64,000 nt of DNA from a virus (IMGVR_UViG_3300026549_001031); one strand, 5' to 3'; shown: positions 29,514-40,696, numbered from the stretch's first letter. The notes: a model not told the origin generated them from the letters alone. Numbers and translations are program-made.

Positions 29514-29792
29514 ATGATCGACTATGAGGAAAGATTAGAGCGTCAGCTCAACGAAAGATTAGCAGAGGCCAAGAAAGGATATGCAGAAGACTGTGAGGCA
29601 AGATATGCAGAAAGATTCGCAGAGGCCAAGGAAAGATTTGAGAGAGAGGCTAAGGCAGTTGGTATGGTAGAAGTAACCAAGGACATGAATAGGTCACTGA
29701 CATATAACAAGATCATTGAAACTTTAGCAAGGAAGTACAACTGGGATGCTGAGTTAGCATCAAAAATGCATGAGCATTTTGATAATAAATAG
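29514..29792 (+). CDS. small helical protein with internal EAK repeat
   Basis: Own promoter (29453-29481) and SD. Confidence 0.6.
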   Translation: MIDYEERLERQLNERLAEAKKGYAEDCEARYAERFAEAKERFEREAKAVGMVEVTKDMNRSLTYNKIIETLARKYNWDAELASKMHEHFDNK

Positions 29793-29833
29793 GAGGCAAG
29801 ATTTAAGACAGGCATAAGAAGGGATAGGTCAAT

Positions 29834-30211
29834 ATGGAATATAGAATGAAACAGTCATACTTAAGTAACTACTTTTTAAGTGACACTGTAGAAAATGAGA
29901 GATACCTTGTAGAGGACATCACGAATCATATGTTCAATGCATGGAATGACAAATTGGAGGTCATGCTTAGAATTTGTGACTACTATACTTTTATGTATAG
30001 GTTTTATGAGGATGGCTGCATTGTTCTTCAGATGGCATGTGAAAATACAAAGGACTCAGAGACAGAACGGGTTGGACATTCCGATGATACTCATTTTGAA
30101 TATGAGTCATTAGATGAAATGTTGAAGGACTGGTGCAAGAGGTTAAAGGACAGTGAAGCATCTGCATTTGCAGAAGAGATAGACTTCATTGAAAATATGA
30201 AAGCAGCCTAG
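29834..30211 (+). CDS. hypothetical protein
   Basis: ORF. Confidence 0.55.
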   Translation: MEYRMKQSYLSNYFLSDTVENERYLVEDITNHMFNAWNDKLEVMLRICDYYTFMYRFYEDGCIVLQMACENTKDSETERVGHSDDTHFEYESLDEMLKDWCKRLKDSEASAFAEEIDFIENMKAA

Positions 30212-30252
30212 CAACAAAAGTGTTGCAGTAGTAAATAGGAGCATGCAGGGCA

Positions 30253-32343
30253 ATGGTTAGTTTAGGACAGGATTCAGAAAATAAACAGTGTAGTTTAGAG
30301 AATATCATTGTCGATGATGTTAACACTTCTAATTTGGAGTTAATGAAGCAGTGGTATTCAAAAGCTACAGTGTATATTGACAAGAGGTTTGAAATTCCTG
30401 CATCGAAAAGTGTAGTTGTTACTAGTAGAAGTGCTAGCATGCACAAGATACTAGATAAGATTTCTAAGGTAGACCTTGGAAATGAGTCACAGACAGAGAA
30501 TTTCAGACTAAAGACACGAAATTGGTGTATAGGACAGTTCAGGGAGTTATTCAAGAAATTGGATAATGGGGAGGATGCAGTATTGTTTATTGACAGTACT
30601 CCTTCAAAACATGAGTGTACATACATCAAATGGTTAGTGGACATAGGTGTTAAAGTTTGTATCATATCAGATAAAGATGTTGGACTTATAGATGGGTTTA
30701 AAGTAAGTAAGTCAGGAACACATGAGCATCTTGATTACAAGAAAGGCACTCAAGTTGAGAAAGAGAATACATCTGTTAGTGTGGTTAAACAGGAGCATCA
30801 TATTCATACACTTGATGAGGCAGAAGAAGCAATATGTGAAAATTTAGGTACAATCAAGCTAATTATCAGTGGTGTTACTAAATATAGAGATACAATTGAT
30901 AATTTTTATGGTAAAATGTACAAAATTGGTACACAAGATGGAAATTACTTGTTTGAGCATGGTTTTGGAAATGTTACATTGGAAGAAACGAACTCAATGC
31001 CTAGATTTAACATTGAGAAGCATGATTACATAGTCAGTACCCTCTGTATGTACTTAAAAAATAAGGAATTTGCAGACAAGCTAAAAAGTGTGTTTGATCA
31101 GGGTGAATTAAAGGCAGACACAGGAAGTAGATTGTATAACAAAGTAGTTTATGTAGTTTGCACGTTAAACAGAATGGAATCATTGTCAAGTGGAAACTGT
31201 ACAGTGGTTTATTATGGGGCACCTACTAAAAAAGATGAGATAGTCCTTAGTATTCTTGGTATGACACGGAATGTAGGTGTGGTTGTACTTAAGTCTGATA
31301 AGAGTAAGCAGTTCATTATGAAAGATGAGCTGGATAGAGTATTTCAGACATTTGAACTTGAGGGCACAGCAGAGCAGTTTGAGATGCCACATGTGGATAA
31401 AAGAGAGGCACCTGGAACAATGGCAGCTGGGGCAGCTCAGAGAGTGGCAGAGACATTATATAATGGTGATACACTCGGAATGTACAGACCTGGAATGTTT
31501 GTCACAGCAGAGTCAGTTTTATTCAGAACAGCATTTGAAGAAATTGAACTCTGGATTGGTAAGGATGTATATTTAAGACCTGGCTTTGAAGGAAGTTTCG
31601 ACAGATGTAAAATGCCTTGTATGTTTAAGGTGATTGATGGTGTAAATGGAAATGTCTCTGACTATTTGAGAAAGATCAAGAGTTATGTAGGAAGAAAGAC
31701 ATTATTTGTAAAGCATGCATGTGACTTAAAAAACAGTTTATGTAGCTCAACACCTAGAATGAATATTATGCATGGTACAGATGTGAATGGTACAAAGGCA
31801 TCTGATCAATTTGCATTCTTTAAGTCAGGTAAGCTTGATAAAGAAAGAATCAAGAAAGGCATAAATTACAGTTATGGTTTTATGTCTAACACTAAGCAGG
31901 ATTTCTTACTTGATAAGATTGAAGAGATGCTTAATGATAAAACAATAGACATATCTAGTTTTGGAGATAGGCAGGAGTATGAGAATTTTGTACTTGGTGC
32001 ATTGTTAAATTTGGACATTGAAGCTTTAAGAACAATACAGGGTATGGAATTTTATAAATCTAATCCTAACATAATACTTCTGTTAACTGATGAGAATACA
32101 TTGACAATAAAAGATGTAGTCTTATTAAAATTTATGTGGTCATTGGGATATGATATTTTGATCTATGTACCTACATGCTATACATCAATAGAAAATTATG
32201 TAACAAATGATTTCATGTATGAGAAGCATGTAATTGGTGAAGCTACATATGATATTCAGGTTTCACTACTTGATACACTTAGTAACCTTGCACCTGAAAA
32301 AGAGAAAAAGACAGGTTGGTTTAATAAATTGTTTAGAAAGTAA
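30253..32343 (+). CDS. YceG-like ter-associated protein
   Basis: TMAAGA...L...G.YRP, RTAFEEI..W...RPGF and GYDILIYVPTCY..IE patterns; directly upstream of TelA as in yceG-yceH. Confidence 0.7.
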   Translation: MVSLGQDSENKQCSLENIIVDDVNTSNLELMKQWYSKATVYIDKRFEIPASKSVVVTSRSASMHKILDKISKVDLGNESQTENFRLKTRNWCIGQFRELFKKLDNGEDAVLFIDSTPSKHECTYIKWLVDIGVKVCIISDKDVGLIDGFKVSKSGTHEHLDYKKGTQVEKENTSVSVVKQEHHIHTLDEAEEAICENLGTIKLIISGVTKYRDTIDNFYGKMYKIGTQDGNYLFEHGFGNVTLEETNSMPRFNIEKHDYIVSTLCMYLKNKEFADKLKSVFDQGELKADTGSRLYNKVVYVVCTLNRMESLSSGNCTVVYYGAPTKKDEIVLSILGMTRNVGVVVLKSDKSKQFIMKDELDRVFQTFELEGTAEQFEMPHVDKREAPGTMAAGAAQRVAETLYNGDTLGMYRPGMFVTAESVLFRTAFEEIELWIGKDVYLRPGFEGSFDRCKMPCMFKVIDGVNGNVSDYLRKIKSYVGRKTLFVKHACDLKNSLCSSTPRMNIMHGTDVNGTKASDQFAFFKSGKLDKERIKKGINYSYGFMSNTKQDFLLDKIEEMLNDKTIDISSFGDRQEYENFVLGALLNLDIEALRTIQGMEFYKSNPNIILLLTDENTLTIKDVVLLKFMWSLGYDILIYVPTCYTSIENYVTNDFMYEKHVIGEATYDIQVSLLDTLSNLAPEKEKKTGWFNKLFRK

Positions 32344-32354
32344 AGGAGAAAGAC

Positions 32355-33569
32355 ATGGCAATTAAGAAAGGAACAGACACAGGCACAGATATGGCAGGTT
32401 CAGCAGTAACAGTTGTTGATGCACCATCAGATAATGGAGCAGTTTCATTATCAAAATCAGCTATTGAGCAACAGAGAGAAACATATGACCTTGCTAATTC
32501 AAGAGAAGCATATAAGCAGGAGATTATTGCAAGTGGAGAAATTGACAGACTTACATCAACAATTGATGTTACAAACACTACAAGTATTGTGGAGTTTGGA
32601 AAAGAGCCTGCAACAAAGATGGCTGGTTTGGCAGACCAGGTGTTATCAAAATACAACAGTACAGCAGTATCTGATACATCTAAAATGGTTGAGTCTCTGC
32701 TTGGAGTTATGAAGAAGATTGACATTCAGGAAATCAAGAGTCTTGATGAATTAAAAGAAGAGCATAAGAAGAAAGGATTCTTTGGCAGGTTTAAGGAATC
32801 AGCTCAGGAAAAACTGGATAAGCTTGTTGGTAAGTACAAGGGCGTAGCAAATGAGATGGAGCAGATTTGTACACAGCTTTCTGTTTATGAGCAGCAGATC
32901 AAAGATTCAAATAAAGACATTGAAAAAATGTATGAAGCAGCTAAGGAAGAGTATAAGCAGTTAGTAGCAGTTGTGATGGCAGCTGAGCAGGCTTGCAAGG
33001 AAATCGAGGAATACAAAGATCAGCTTGCATCAGAGGTAGAGACAGATGCATCTGGAGAAAAACAGTTTGAACTTCAGAATGTACAACAGGCATTAACACT
33101 TATGCAGCAGAGAACAGCTGACTTACGTGGGGCAGAGACAGTAGCATTACAGAGTATTCCTACATTCAAGATTCAGGAGTATACAAATGCTAACTTAGCA
33201 AGAAAAGTAAACAGTGCATTTATTGTAACAGTACCTGCATTTAAGACAGCACTTGTTAACAGTGTGATTGCTAAACAGCAGTCAATTCAGGCACAGGGTT
33301 TAAGTTTATTAGATGAAGCAACATCACAGGTAATCAGAATGAACGCTGATAATGCAATTGGACAGTTACAGCAGAGTCAAAGATTAGCTAATACAAGCGC
33401 AATTAAGGCAGCTGACATTGAGTATTCATGGAATACAATTATGAATGGAATCACACAGTACAAAGAGATGGAAAAGCAGTATGCTGAAATTCGTAAGGAC
33501 GAGGCTAAGAGAATTGAGGATGCAAATGCAAGGTATTTGCAGAGCATTTCAAATGGCACAGGCATCTAA
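32355..33569 (+). CDS. toxic anion resistance protein (TelA/YceH family)
   Basis: SIVEFG, coiled coil, ALQSIP, NLARKVNSAFIVTVP. Confidence 0.88.
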   Translation: MAIKKGTDTGTDMAGSAVTVVDAPSDNGAVSLSKSAIEQQRETYDLANSREAYKQEIIASGEIDRLTSTIDVTNTTSIVEFGKEPATKMAGLADQVLSKYNSTAVSDTSKMVESLLGVMKKIDIQEIKSLDELKEEHKKKGFFGRFKESAQEKLDKLVGKYKGVANEMEQICTQLSVYEQQIKDSNKDIEKMYEAAKEEYKQLVAVVMAAEQACKEIEEYKDQLASEVETDASGEKQFELQNVQQALTLMQQRTADLRGAETVALQSIPTFKIQEYTNANLARKVNSAFIVTVPAFKTALVNSVIAKQQSIQAQGLSLLDEATSQVIRMNADNAIGQLQQSQRLANTSAIKAADIEYSWNTIMNGITQYKEMEKQYAEIRKDEAKRIEDANARYLQSISNGTGI

Positions 33570-33606
33570 AACAAAGACAGGCAGTAGGCAATAAAGAGGA
33601 TAGACA

Positions 33607-33640
33607 GTTGAGAGGTTGTTTAGACAGCCTCTCAATTTTT
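33607..33640 (+). terminator. rho-independent terminator
   Basis: TTGAGAGGTTGT/ACAGCCTCTCAA hairpin plus T-run. Confidence 0.75.
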
Positions 33641-33695
33641 ATATTGACAAATATAGTGTTTAGTGGTATAATAGAGAAAAGAGGAGGTGTGAGAC

Positions 33696-33779
33696 ATGAA
33701 TGAGGGTGGAGGACCAGCATTTAAGATGGATATTCAACATAGGGCAGACATTGATCATAAAGTTGCAGTAGGTGTATGA
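33696..33779 (+). CDS. 27-aa small ORF
   Basis: Consensus promoter 33644-33672 and GAGGAGGT SD; MNEGGGPAFKMDIQHRADIDHKVAVGV. Confidence 0.4.
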   Translation: MNEGGGPAFKMDIQHRADIDHKVAVGV

Positions 33780-33991
33780 TCATTAGTAGTCAAAGATTGT
33801 ACCTGATTGAAATACAGTAGGTCAGGTACAAAATGAAAAATTAGCCTTGCATAAGTGCAATAGGCATTTGGCAACACAAATGTTCATTGCAGTTGTACAA
33901 GTTGGCACATAAAAATTAAGAGTTGACAAGTTATAGTGATTTTGATATAATAAATGTATAGAAAACGGACAAAGAGTAAAGGAGTTTTATT

Positions 33992-34990
33992 ATGCTGATC
34001 ACTGTAGCAAAAGTAGGTAACAAAGGATTTATGTGTTATAACCCTGATACTAGAAAGTTATCAGAGGTAACAAGACTGGACATTAACAATAACAAGGTAC
34101 ATGTTGAAAATCTTAAGTCTACAGGTAGATTAAAGACTATCATTGGAGAGGACAAGGTTCCCTCTTACAAGACAGGCGATATGAGATATACACTAGTTAC
34201 TTATATGACTAACAATGGTAAAATAATGAGTGGACTTCTGATAAGTAACTATTGTACATCTAAAATAGCTACAGAGCAGTGGTTACATGATAATAGACAT
34301 TTAATTGTCAATTACTCATGTAAAAATAAAGTGGTTGACAGAGAGATTAAGATTGCTCGTTATGATAATGATGATTACCATAAGTTATATAAGATATACA
34401 GCAGTATTGGTTTAGCAACTTCAAATAAAATCAATGGTGGCAACTACTCTTATCTCATGTGCTTTGGTAATTATGTAATGGAGTCAGCGAGTACTCAATC
34501 AACATATGAGGGATTCTATGAGTCTCATAAGTTGGTGTATAAGTTACTTAAGAACTGTGAGATTAATCATATGGTAAAAATACCACTGTCATTTAAGTTA
34601 AAAGATGGACAAGTTGTAAGTATGGTGAACAAGTATGTTTATAAGGTAGACTTCTTACTGAATGAATCCAGACATAAGATACTGATTGCTGAGCAGGATA
34701 AAAGATTACTTGGACTTCTGAAATTCAAGGGAGCGACATTGAATAGATTAACAATGTCTGACATAATTGACCTTGTACAGTATAAAGATGAGTTGGACAA
34801 GGATATGTCTGTTTATACAGTAATGGATAAGTCAAGAAAAGAGAAAACAGAGGATAGTTACCTTTCAGATGGAATTTGGACTATTGGAAATGGTAGACTT
34901 GACAATGGTAGTAAGACAGTCTCCTTGAGATATAACATTTTGTTTAACAATGGAGACATTAACATCCTAGCAAATAAATTAACTGCTTAG
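33992..34990 (+). CDS. hypothetical protein
   Basis: Promoter 33923-33951 and AAGGAG SD. Confidence 0.65.
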   Translation: MLITVAKVGNKGFMCYNPDTRKLSEVTRLDINNNKVHVENLKSTGRLKTIIGEDKVPSYKTGDMRYTLVTYMTNNGKIMSGLLISNYCTSKIATEQWLHDNRHLIVNYSCKNKVVDREIKIARYDNDDYHKLYKIYSSIGLATSNKINGGNYSYLMCFGNYVMESASTQSTYEGFYESHKLVYKLLKNCEINHMVKIPLSFKLKDGQVVSMVNKYVYKVDFLLNESRHKILIAEQDKRLLGLLKFKGATLNRLTMSDIIDLVQYKDELDKDMSVYTVMDKSRKEKTEDSYLSDGIWTIGNGRLDNGSKTVSLRYNILFNNGDINILANKLTA

Positions 34991-35179
34991 GGTCTATCAG
35001 ACCTAATAGATTTTTGATATAACAGTGGTATAAAGAATAGAACAGATAAGAATATAGATATGCAGATTGTTTAGTGGGTATTAGCAGTACCCACTATTTT
35101 TATGTCTAAAAGTATGCATTATTATATAATAAGGGTATTTATTTTATAATTATTTTTTACAAGGAGGTCATGTAGAGAC

Positions 35180-37018
35180 ATGGATAAAAAGGAAAGGTTA
35201 AAGGGTCTAACATCTGCTGAAGTTGAGCAGAGCAAGCAGAAGTTTGGTGTCAACAAACTTTCTGAAGCTAAGCAGGATGGAGTACTTGATATGTTCCTTG
35301 ATGCATTAAAGGACGTTTGTATTCTTGTTCTTCTTGGTGCACTGGCAATTAAGTTAGCAATTGTCATTGCTGGTCACTTCTTTACTGCATTTGCTGGTGA
35401 GAATGATGCAGTAGAGATCATCAGCATTCTTTTAGCAGTGGCATTAGCTACAGGCTTTAATGTTCTGAATGAGTACAGGAATCAGAAAAGAAGTAATGCA
35501 TTGCAGGAAGAGTATGGTAAGGTATATGCAAAGATCATGCGTGATGGTTCATTACAGAGCATTTTGACGAGTGAGATTGTCAAGGGTGATGCAGTGTTGT
35601 TGCAGTCAGGAGATAAGGTACCAGTTGATGGTTTAGTAATCGACGGTAAGATTAAGGTATCTCAGGCAGCGTTAAATGGAGAGTCACGAGATGAGACTAA
35701 AACAGCAACAGATAGTATGGAAGAGGCAGAGTCAACTGATTACTCATCACATAGTAAAGTGTTTATGGGTTCAGTAGTTACTTCTGGTGAAGCATACATG
35801 GTAGCTACAGTAATTGGTGATGCATCTGAATTAGGTAAGATCAATCAGTCACTTAATGAGTCAGACGAGGAAGAGGTTGTTGATGCAACAACAGCTAAAC
35901 TTAATAAACTTGTTGCTCAGATTGGTAAGCTTGGTACAGCATGTGGTGTCATTGCTGGTATTTTACAGGTTGTTTGTTCAATTGCTAGAGGCAATGTAGC
36001 AATTGAGGCTGGTGCAATTGGTTCTTTAATTGCAGAAGCAATTATGCTTGGTGCAAGTATCTTAATCATGGCAATTCCTGAAGGATTAGCTCTGATTGTT
36101 TCAGTTATTCAGGGTATGAATAGTGAGAACATGTACAAGAACAACATTCTTGTAAGTCATAAGAATGCATTTGCAGACTCTGCTTTTATGGATATCCTCT
36201 TTAGTGATAAAACAGGTACCATTACTCAAGGTAAGTTATCACTTGTTGAGTTTATCACAGGCGCAGGAAAAATTGTTTCAGACTTAGATTCAAAAGAGTT
36301 TATTGACTCAATTACAGTTAATAACTTGGCTAAGGTTTCAGAGGGCAAGGCAATTGGATCAAATAACATGGATAGAGCACTTCTTACATATGCTCTTGCT
36401 CATGGTTATAAAGAAGAGAACAGCTTTGATAAGAGTCAGGTCATTGAAGTAAGCGGTTTCGACTCTGAAAAGAAATGTGCAACAGCAGAGCTAAAGGGTG
36501 GTGTGACACTTTGGAAGGGTGCTACAGAGAATATCATTGATAAGGTTACACACTTTGTTGATGAAGATGGCACTGAAATGAAATTCTCGGACAAGGATAA
36601 GAAAGCAGTATTAGATAAGATGCATGAGCAGTCATGCAGGGCTATGAAGTTATTATCAGTGGCTAAAATTGAGAAAGACAAGACAATTTTACAGGCAGTC
36701 TTATGTTTAAGAGATGATGTACGTCCAGATGCTGTAAATACAGTTAAGGAACTTCATTCAGCAGGTATTCAGGTAGTAATGGTTACAGGTGATATGAAAG
36801 AGACAGCAGTGGCTATTGCACAGGATGCAGGTATCTTAACAGGAGATGCACAGGAAGTAATTATTACACATGATGAACTTGAGGAACTCAGTGATGATGA
36901 ACTTAAGGAAAAGATTCCTTACTTAAGAGTTGTAAGTAGGGCAAAGCCTCTTGATAAGAAGAGACTTGTAAACTTAGCGAAACAGCTTGGTCATGTTGTA
37001 GGAATGACCGGAGATGGT
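35180..37018 (+). CDS. P-type cation (Ca2+-type) ATPase, exon 1
   Basis: LNGES, IPEGL, DKTGT (phospho-Asp), KGATE, MVTGD and MTGDG at the exon end. Confidence 0.93.
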
Positions 37019-38222
37019 AGATTATGCCCGGTATTATAGTAATATAGTGCTTGAATCTCTTTGAAAATGCTGGGAGTTGGTAAAATCTTAACTGCTACAA
37101 CATAAGAATGAAATAAGTCTAGGTGTGAATGAGCCGAAAGGCAGAAAGAAATGTTAAGATTGCGTCATGCTGAAATAAAAGCCTTGCAATTTCGGGCTAG
37201 TTGCAAGGTGCTAAAACGTTTAACAATCCATAATCAGCAGGAAAGCATCGAATAGATGAATCCTCATCGACTATTACGTAGAATACAGTGTATTCGAAGT
37301 GGAGAGACATCCTGAATGAAACTTGTTTAGGATGATGATATAGTCAGGGTACTTAGAAAAACAATTCAAAACTTCAAAACTAAAAGAAATACAGTAAGAA
37401 TAAAAATGATAGACAGGAGGTGAGAGGTTATGACATATGAAGAATGTATGAATAAGAAAGAAATTGTAGGCGAGTATACACAGATGGATGTTAGATACAA
37501 TGGACAAAAGTATAATATCAGCATTGGGGATAGAGTTGGTAGACTTAAGATTGTGAATCTTGTCAGATTTGTTCAGGGTAGTACAGTAAGAAAAGGTTGC
37601 ATTTGTCTGTGTGAGTGTGGAGAATACATTGGACCGTCTAGGTTAAGATCTTTATTAGATGGAGATTTAGTCAGTTGCGGTTGTTATAGTTCTGAAATAC
37701 ATAGCAAAATGCTTAAAGAAAAGAACTATAAACATGGAGAATCTGTCAGAGAGCATAGAACAAAATTATATACAATCTGGGCATCAATGTTAGACAGAGC
37801 TGAAAATGCTAATAGACCAGATAGTAAGTATTATGCTGACAAAGGAATTACAGTGTGTGACGAGTGGCATGATTTTACAGTCTTTAGAGATTGGGCTAAC
37901 AGCAATGGATATGTGGATGGACTTTCTATTGATAGAAAAGAAAACAGTTTAGGATACTGTCCTAATAATTGTCGTTGGGTGGTGTTAAGTGAGCAGAACA
38001 AAAACAAAACGAACAATAGATACTTAGAATACAATGGAAAGAGATTAACAATCACAGATTGGGGTAGACTCACAGGATTGAGATGGGATACAATAAATAT
38101 AAGGTTAGAGGCTGGTAAAACAGTTGGTCAGGCATTAGGTTTTGAAGATTAGTATTGGTTTTGAATTGGTTTGGAAAATCTAATAAAGAGAGATAACATC
38201 AACGATTATTAGAGAGTGCACG
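37019..38222 (+). mobile_element. group I intron
   Basis: Splits GDG|VNDSPALK; 5' exon ends in U forming a U-G pair in P1 (GGT-A/T-GCC); intron ends in G; core elements AAATGCTGGGAG, AATCAGCAGG, TCATCGACTA and GATGATATAGTC. Confidence 0.9.
37430..38152 (+). CDS. intron-encoded HNH-type homing endonuclease
   Basis: GDRVGRL...CLCECG...SCGC, LYTIWASM and SIDRKENSLGYCPNNCRWV; lies inside the intron. Confidence 0.88.
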   Translation: MTYEECMNKKEIVGEYTQMDVRYNGQKYNISIGDRVGRLKIVNLVRFVQGSTVRKGCICLCECGEYIGPSRLRSLLDGDLVSCGCYSSEIHSKMLKEKNYKHGESVREHRTKLYTIWASMLDRAENANRPDSKYYADKGITVCDEWHDFTVFRDWANSNGYVDGLSIDRKENSLGYCPNNCRWVVLSEQNKNKTNNRYLEYNGKRLTITDWGRLTGLRWDTINIRLEAGKTVGQALGFED

Positions 38223-39011
38223 GTAAATGATAGTCCGGCTTTAAAAGCAGCCGATTGTGGTTTTGCAATGGGTGATGGAACAGCAGTTGCTCAGGAAGCG
38301 GGCGACGTAGTTATTCTGAATAACAGTTTAACATCCATTAAGAATTGTATCTTAAACGCAAGAACAATGATGAAGAGCATTGGGAAGTTTCTTATTTTCC
38401 AACTTACAGTCAATGTGAGCACTCTGTTAATGAATGTACTTTCACCAGTACTTGGTTGGACAGAGCCATTCAGCATTGTAGAAATTTTATGGATCAACTT
38501 AATCATGGATACACTTGCTGCTATGGCATTTGGTGGAGAGCCAGTGCTTGAGAGATATATGGCAGAGAAGCCTGTTAAGAGAGAAGCAGACATTCTTACA
38601 AAATATATCAAGGCATCAATTGGAACAGCAGCAGTGTTTATTACAATTGGTTCTCTGTTAATACTTGAGAATGTAGGTGGTTTTGCAGCAATGTTAACAC
38701 CTTCAACATGTAGTGATCCTGAATTATACAAGAAAACATTGATGTTTGCATTCTTCATCTACTCAATCATCTTTAACAGTTTGAATACACGTTCAGAAAG
38801 ATTCAACTTATTTGAAGGACTTGGTCAGAACAAGAGATTCATTTATGTAATGGGTTCAATCTTTGTATTACAGACTCTGATTATTGAGTTTGGTGGCAGA
38901 GTGTTTGGAACAACAATGCTTGATATTAAATCATTACTTGTTACAATGGCAATTGGTTTAGTAATCATCCCTGTGGATATGGTTAAGAAACTTATAGTTG
39001 GTAAGAAATAA
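38223..39011 (+). CDS. P-type ATPase, exon 2
   Basis: VNDSPALKAADCGFAMGDGT...FQLTVN...LWINLIMDT and C-terminal TM helices. Confidence 0.92.
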   Translation, partial: VNDSPALKAADCGFAMGDGTAVAQEAGDVVILNNSLTSIKNCILNARTMMKSIGKFLIFQLTVNVSTLLMNVLSPVLGWTEPFSIVEILWINLIMDTLAAMAFGGEPVLERYMAEKPVKREADILTKYIKASIGTAAVFITIGSLLILENVGGFAAMLTPSTCSDPELYKKTLMFAFFIYSIIFNSLNTRSERFNLFEGLGQNKRFIYVMGSIFVLQTLIIEFGGRVFGTTMLDIKSLLVTMAIGLVIIPVDMVKKLIVGKK

Positions 39012-39535
39012 TCATAGACAATAAGGGATATTACATATCTGAATAAAATAAATACACATTAAAGGAAGAGCAGTGCACGACTAAACAGTTTGTGCACTGT
39101 TTTTCTATGTTCAGACATGAGAGGAATGGACATAATAAATATAGGGGTGAGTCTTATAAAAATGAAGGTGGATAGGCATAGTAAGTTAGACAGTGGTATA
39201 AAAATGAATAAGCATTGGGCTATTTATGTTTAACATAGAGGTTTATAAGAAAAATAGGGTAGAAAAATTTGGAATAAAATAAAAGGTAGTTTAAGCATTA
39301 TTTACTAGTATACACATTGGCTAAAAATTGGGGTAGACAAGTTTTGAAAATTTTCAGACAGTTCATTGAGCAGTGATTAAAAATCAGCTTTATTGAAAAA
39401 TTAGGTTCTTAAATGATAAAAGAGAGACTAGTAAAAATGTGAAATCGACTCTTGATTGAAATTACTTATTGACAAATTGTATTTAAGTTGGTATAATATA
39501 TTTGTAAGGTTGAGAAAGAAAGGGGAAAACATGAA

Positions 39536-39970
39536 ATGAAAAGATATACCATTAAAAATAAATTGAGTAAAAGCAAGGTTAAAGAGATTAAGACATTTGC
39601 AATTGTTACAGGAGCATGTTTGGCAATTGCAGTATTCATATCAGTTGGAAGTGTAGCAACTGGAACAGCAGTTGGTTACAGAGGATTACCTAGAGAACAA
39701 GTTGAGAAACTTTGTGAGAAGGAGGGCATTGCACCTAGTTTAGTTTATGCCACTAGACAAGCAGGTCAGGTCATCAATGATAAAAAGTTGATACATGAAC
39801 TTGGAGAGTATGCAGCTAAGGCAGACACAGACGAGGAAATAGATGTGCAGGATGCTTTAGTGAAAATACTTGGTTGTAAGAAAGCAACAGCTGAATACAT
39901 AGTGAGGACATCAGATATGATGCAAGCAGCAGAGGACTATGAGAATAATAACAGTGAGGAAATAAGGTAG
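39536..39970 (+). CDS. membrane-anchored hypothetical protein
   Basis: N-terminal TM; promoter 39469-39497. Confidence 0.6.
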   Translation: MKRYTIKNKLSKSKVKEIKTFAIVTGACLAIAVFISVGSVATGTAVGYRGLPREQVEKLCEKEGIAPSLVYATRQAGQVINDKKLIHELGEYAAKADTDEEIDVQDALVKILGCKKATAEYIVRTSDMMQAAEDYENNNSEEIR

Positions 39971-39985
39971 AAACAGAGGTTTATT

Positions 39986-40678
39986 ATGAAAGAGGCATTT
40001 AGTGAGTTTGAAAAGCCTAGTGTGGCAGTAGATACAGTAATCTTAAGAGTTAAAGACATAGCTGAAAGAGATGGTAAACGCTTGGTACCTAAGATGGTTC
40101 AGGTGTTACTTGTTAGAAAGCAGGGTAGTAAGAAATGGCAACTTCCTGGAACTATTGTAAGACTTGGAGAAACTTCAATGAATGCAATAGAAAGAAAACT
40201 TGGAGCAGAGGTTGTTGAGAATGGGGCATTTGAACAGCTTTATACAGTAGACAATAACGTTGATAGGGATGAAAGAGGTCATGTGATTTCTATTGTTTAT
40301 CTTGATATGTTAAAACCTAACAGCAAATCAAAAGATTTAGACCTTGAGGGATATGATGTACAGTGGTTTTGGGTAAGCAGAGACAGATACTTTATGAATG
40401 TTGCATCTCAGGAAATATTAGATGAGCTTGCATATGATCACAAGAGCATTATAAGTGATGCAATAGACAGAATAAAAGGTAAACTGCTATATACAGATAT
40501 AGGGTTTAACTTTGTAGGAGAAACCTTTACAGTAAGAGAACTAGAGTATACATTTGAGGCTTTGAATGAATACAAGATTCCTGGTTTCAGACGATTGATT
40601 TCAGATAGAATCACTGGTACTGGAGAAATGAGCAAGGGAAATGCCTTTAGACCAGCAGAGGTTTATAGGAAAGCATAG
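39986..40678 (+). CDS. NrtR-like Nudix/winged-helix protein (ADP-ribose-responsive type)
   Basis: PSVAVDTVI, WQLPG, EQLYT, RDERGHVISIVY, LAYDH, FTVREL and RPAEVY. Confidence 0.85.
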   Translation: MKEAFSEFEKPSVAVDTVILRVKDIAERDGKRLVPKMVQVLLVRKQGSKKWQLPGTIVRLGETSMNAIERKLGAEVVENGAFEQLYTVDNNVDRDERGHVISIVYLDMLKPNSKSKDLDLEGYDVQWFWVSRDRYFMNVASQEILDELAYDHKSIISDAIDRIKGKLLYTDIGFNFVGETFTVRELEYTFEALNEYKIPGFRRLISDRITGTGEMSKGNAFRPAEVYRKA

Positions 40679-40696
40679 GATAGAAAGGGAAAAGAC

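Noticed and set aside
35180-39011. P-type ATPase as a pseudogene or two separate genes
   Set aside because: Precise group I intron boundaries restore a continuous frame through the GDGVND motif
39536-39970. Lytic transglycosylase call from the EGIAPSLVYA segment
   Set aside because: The catalytic ES motif and downstream GLMQ motif are absent
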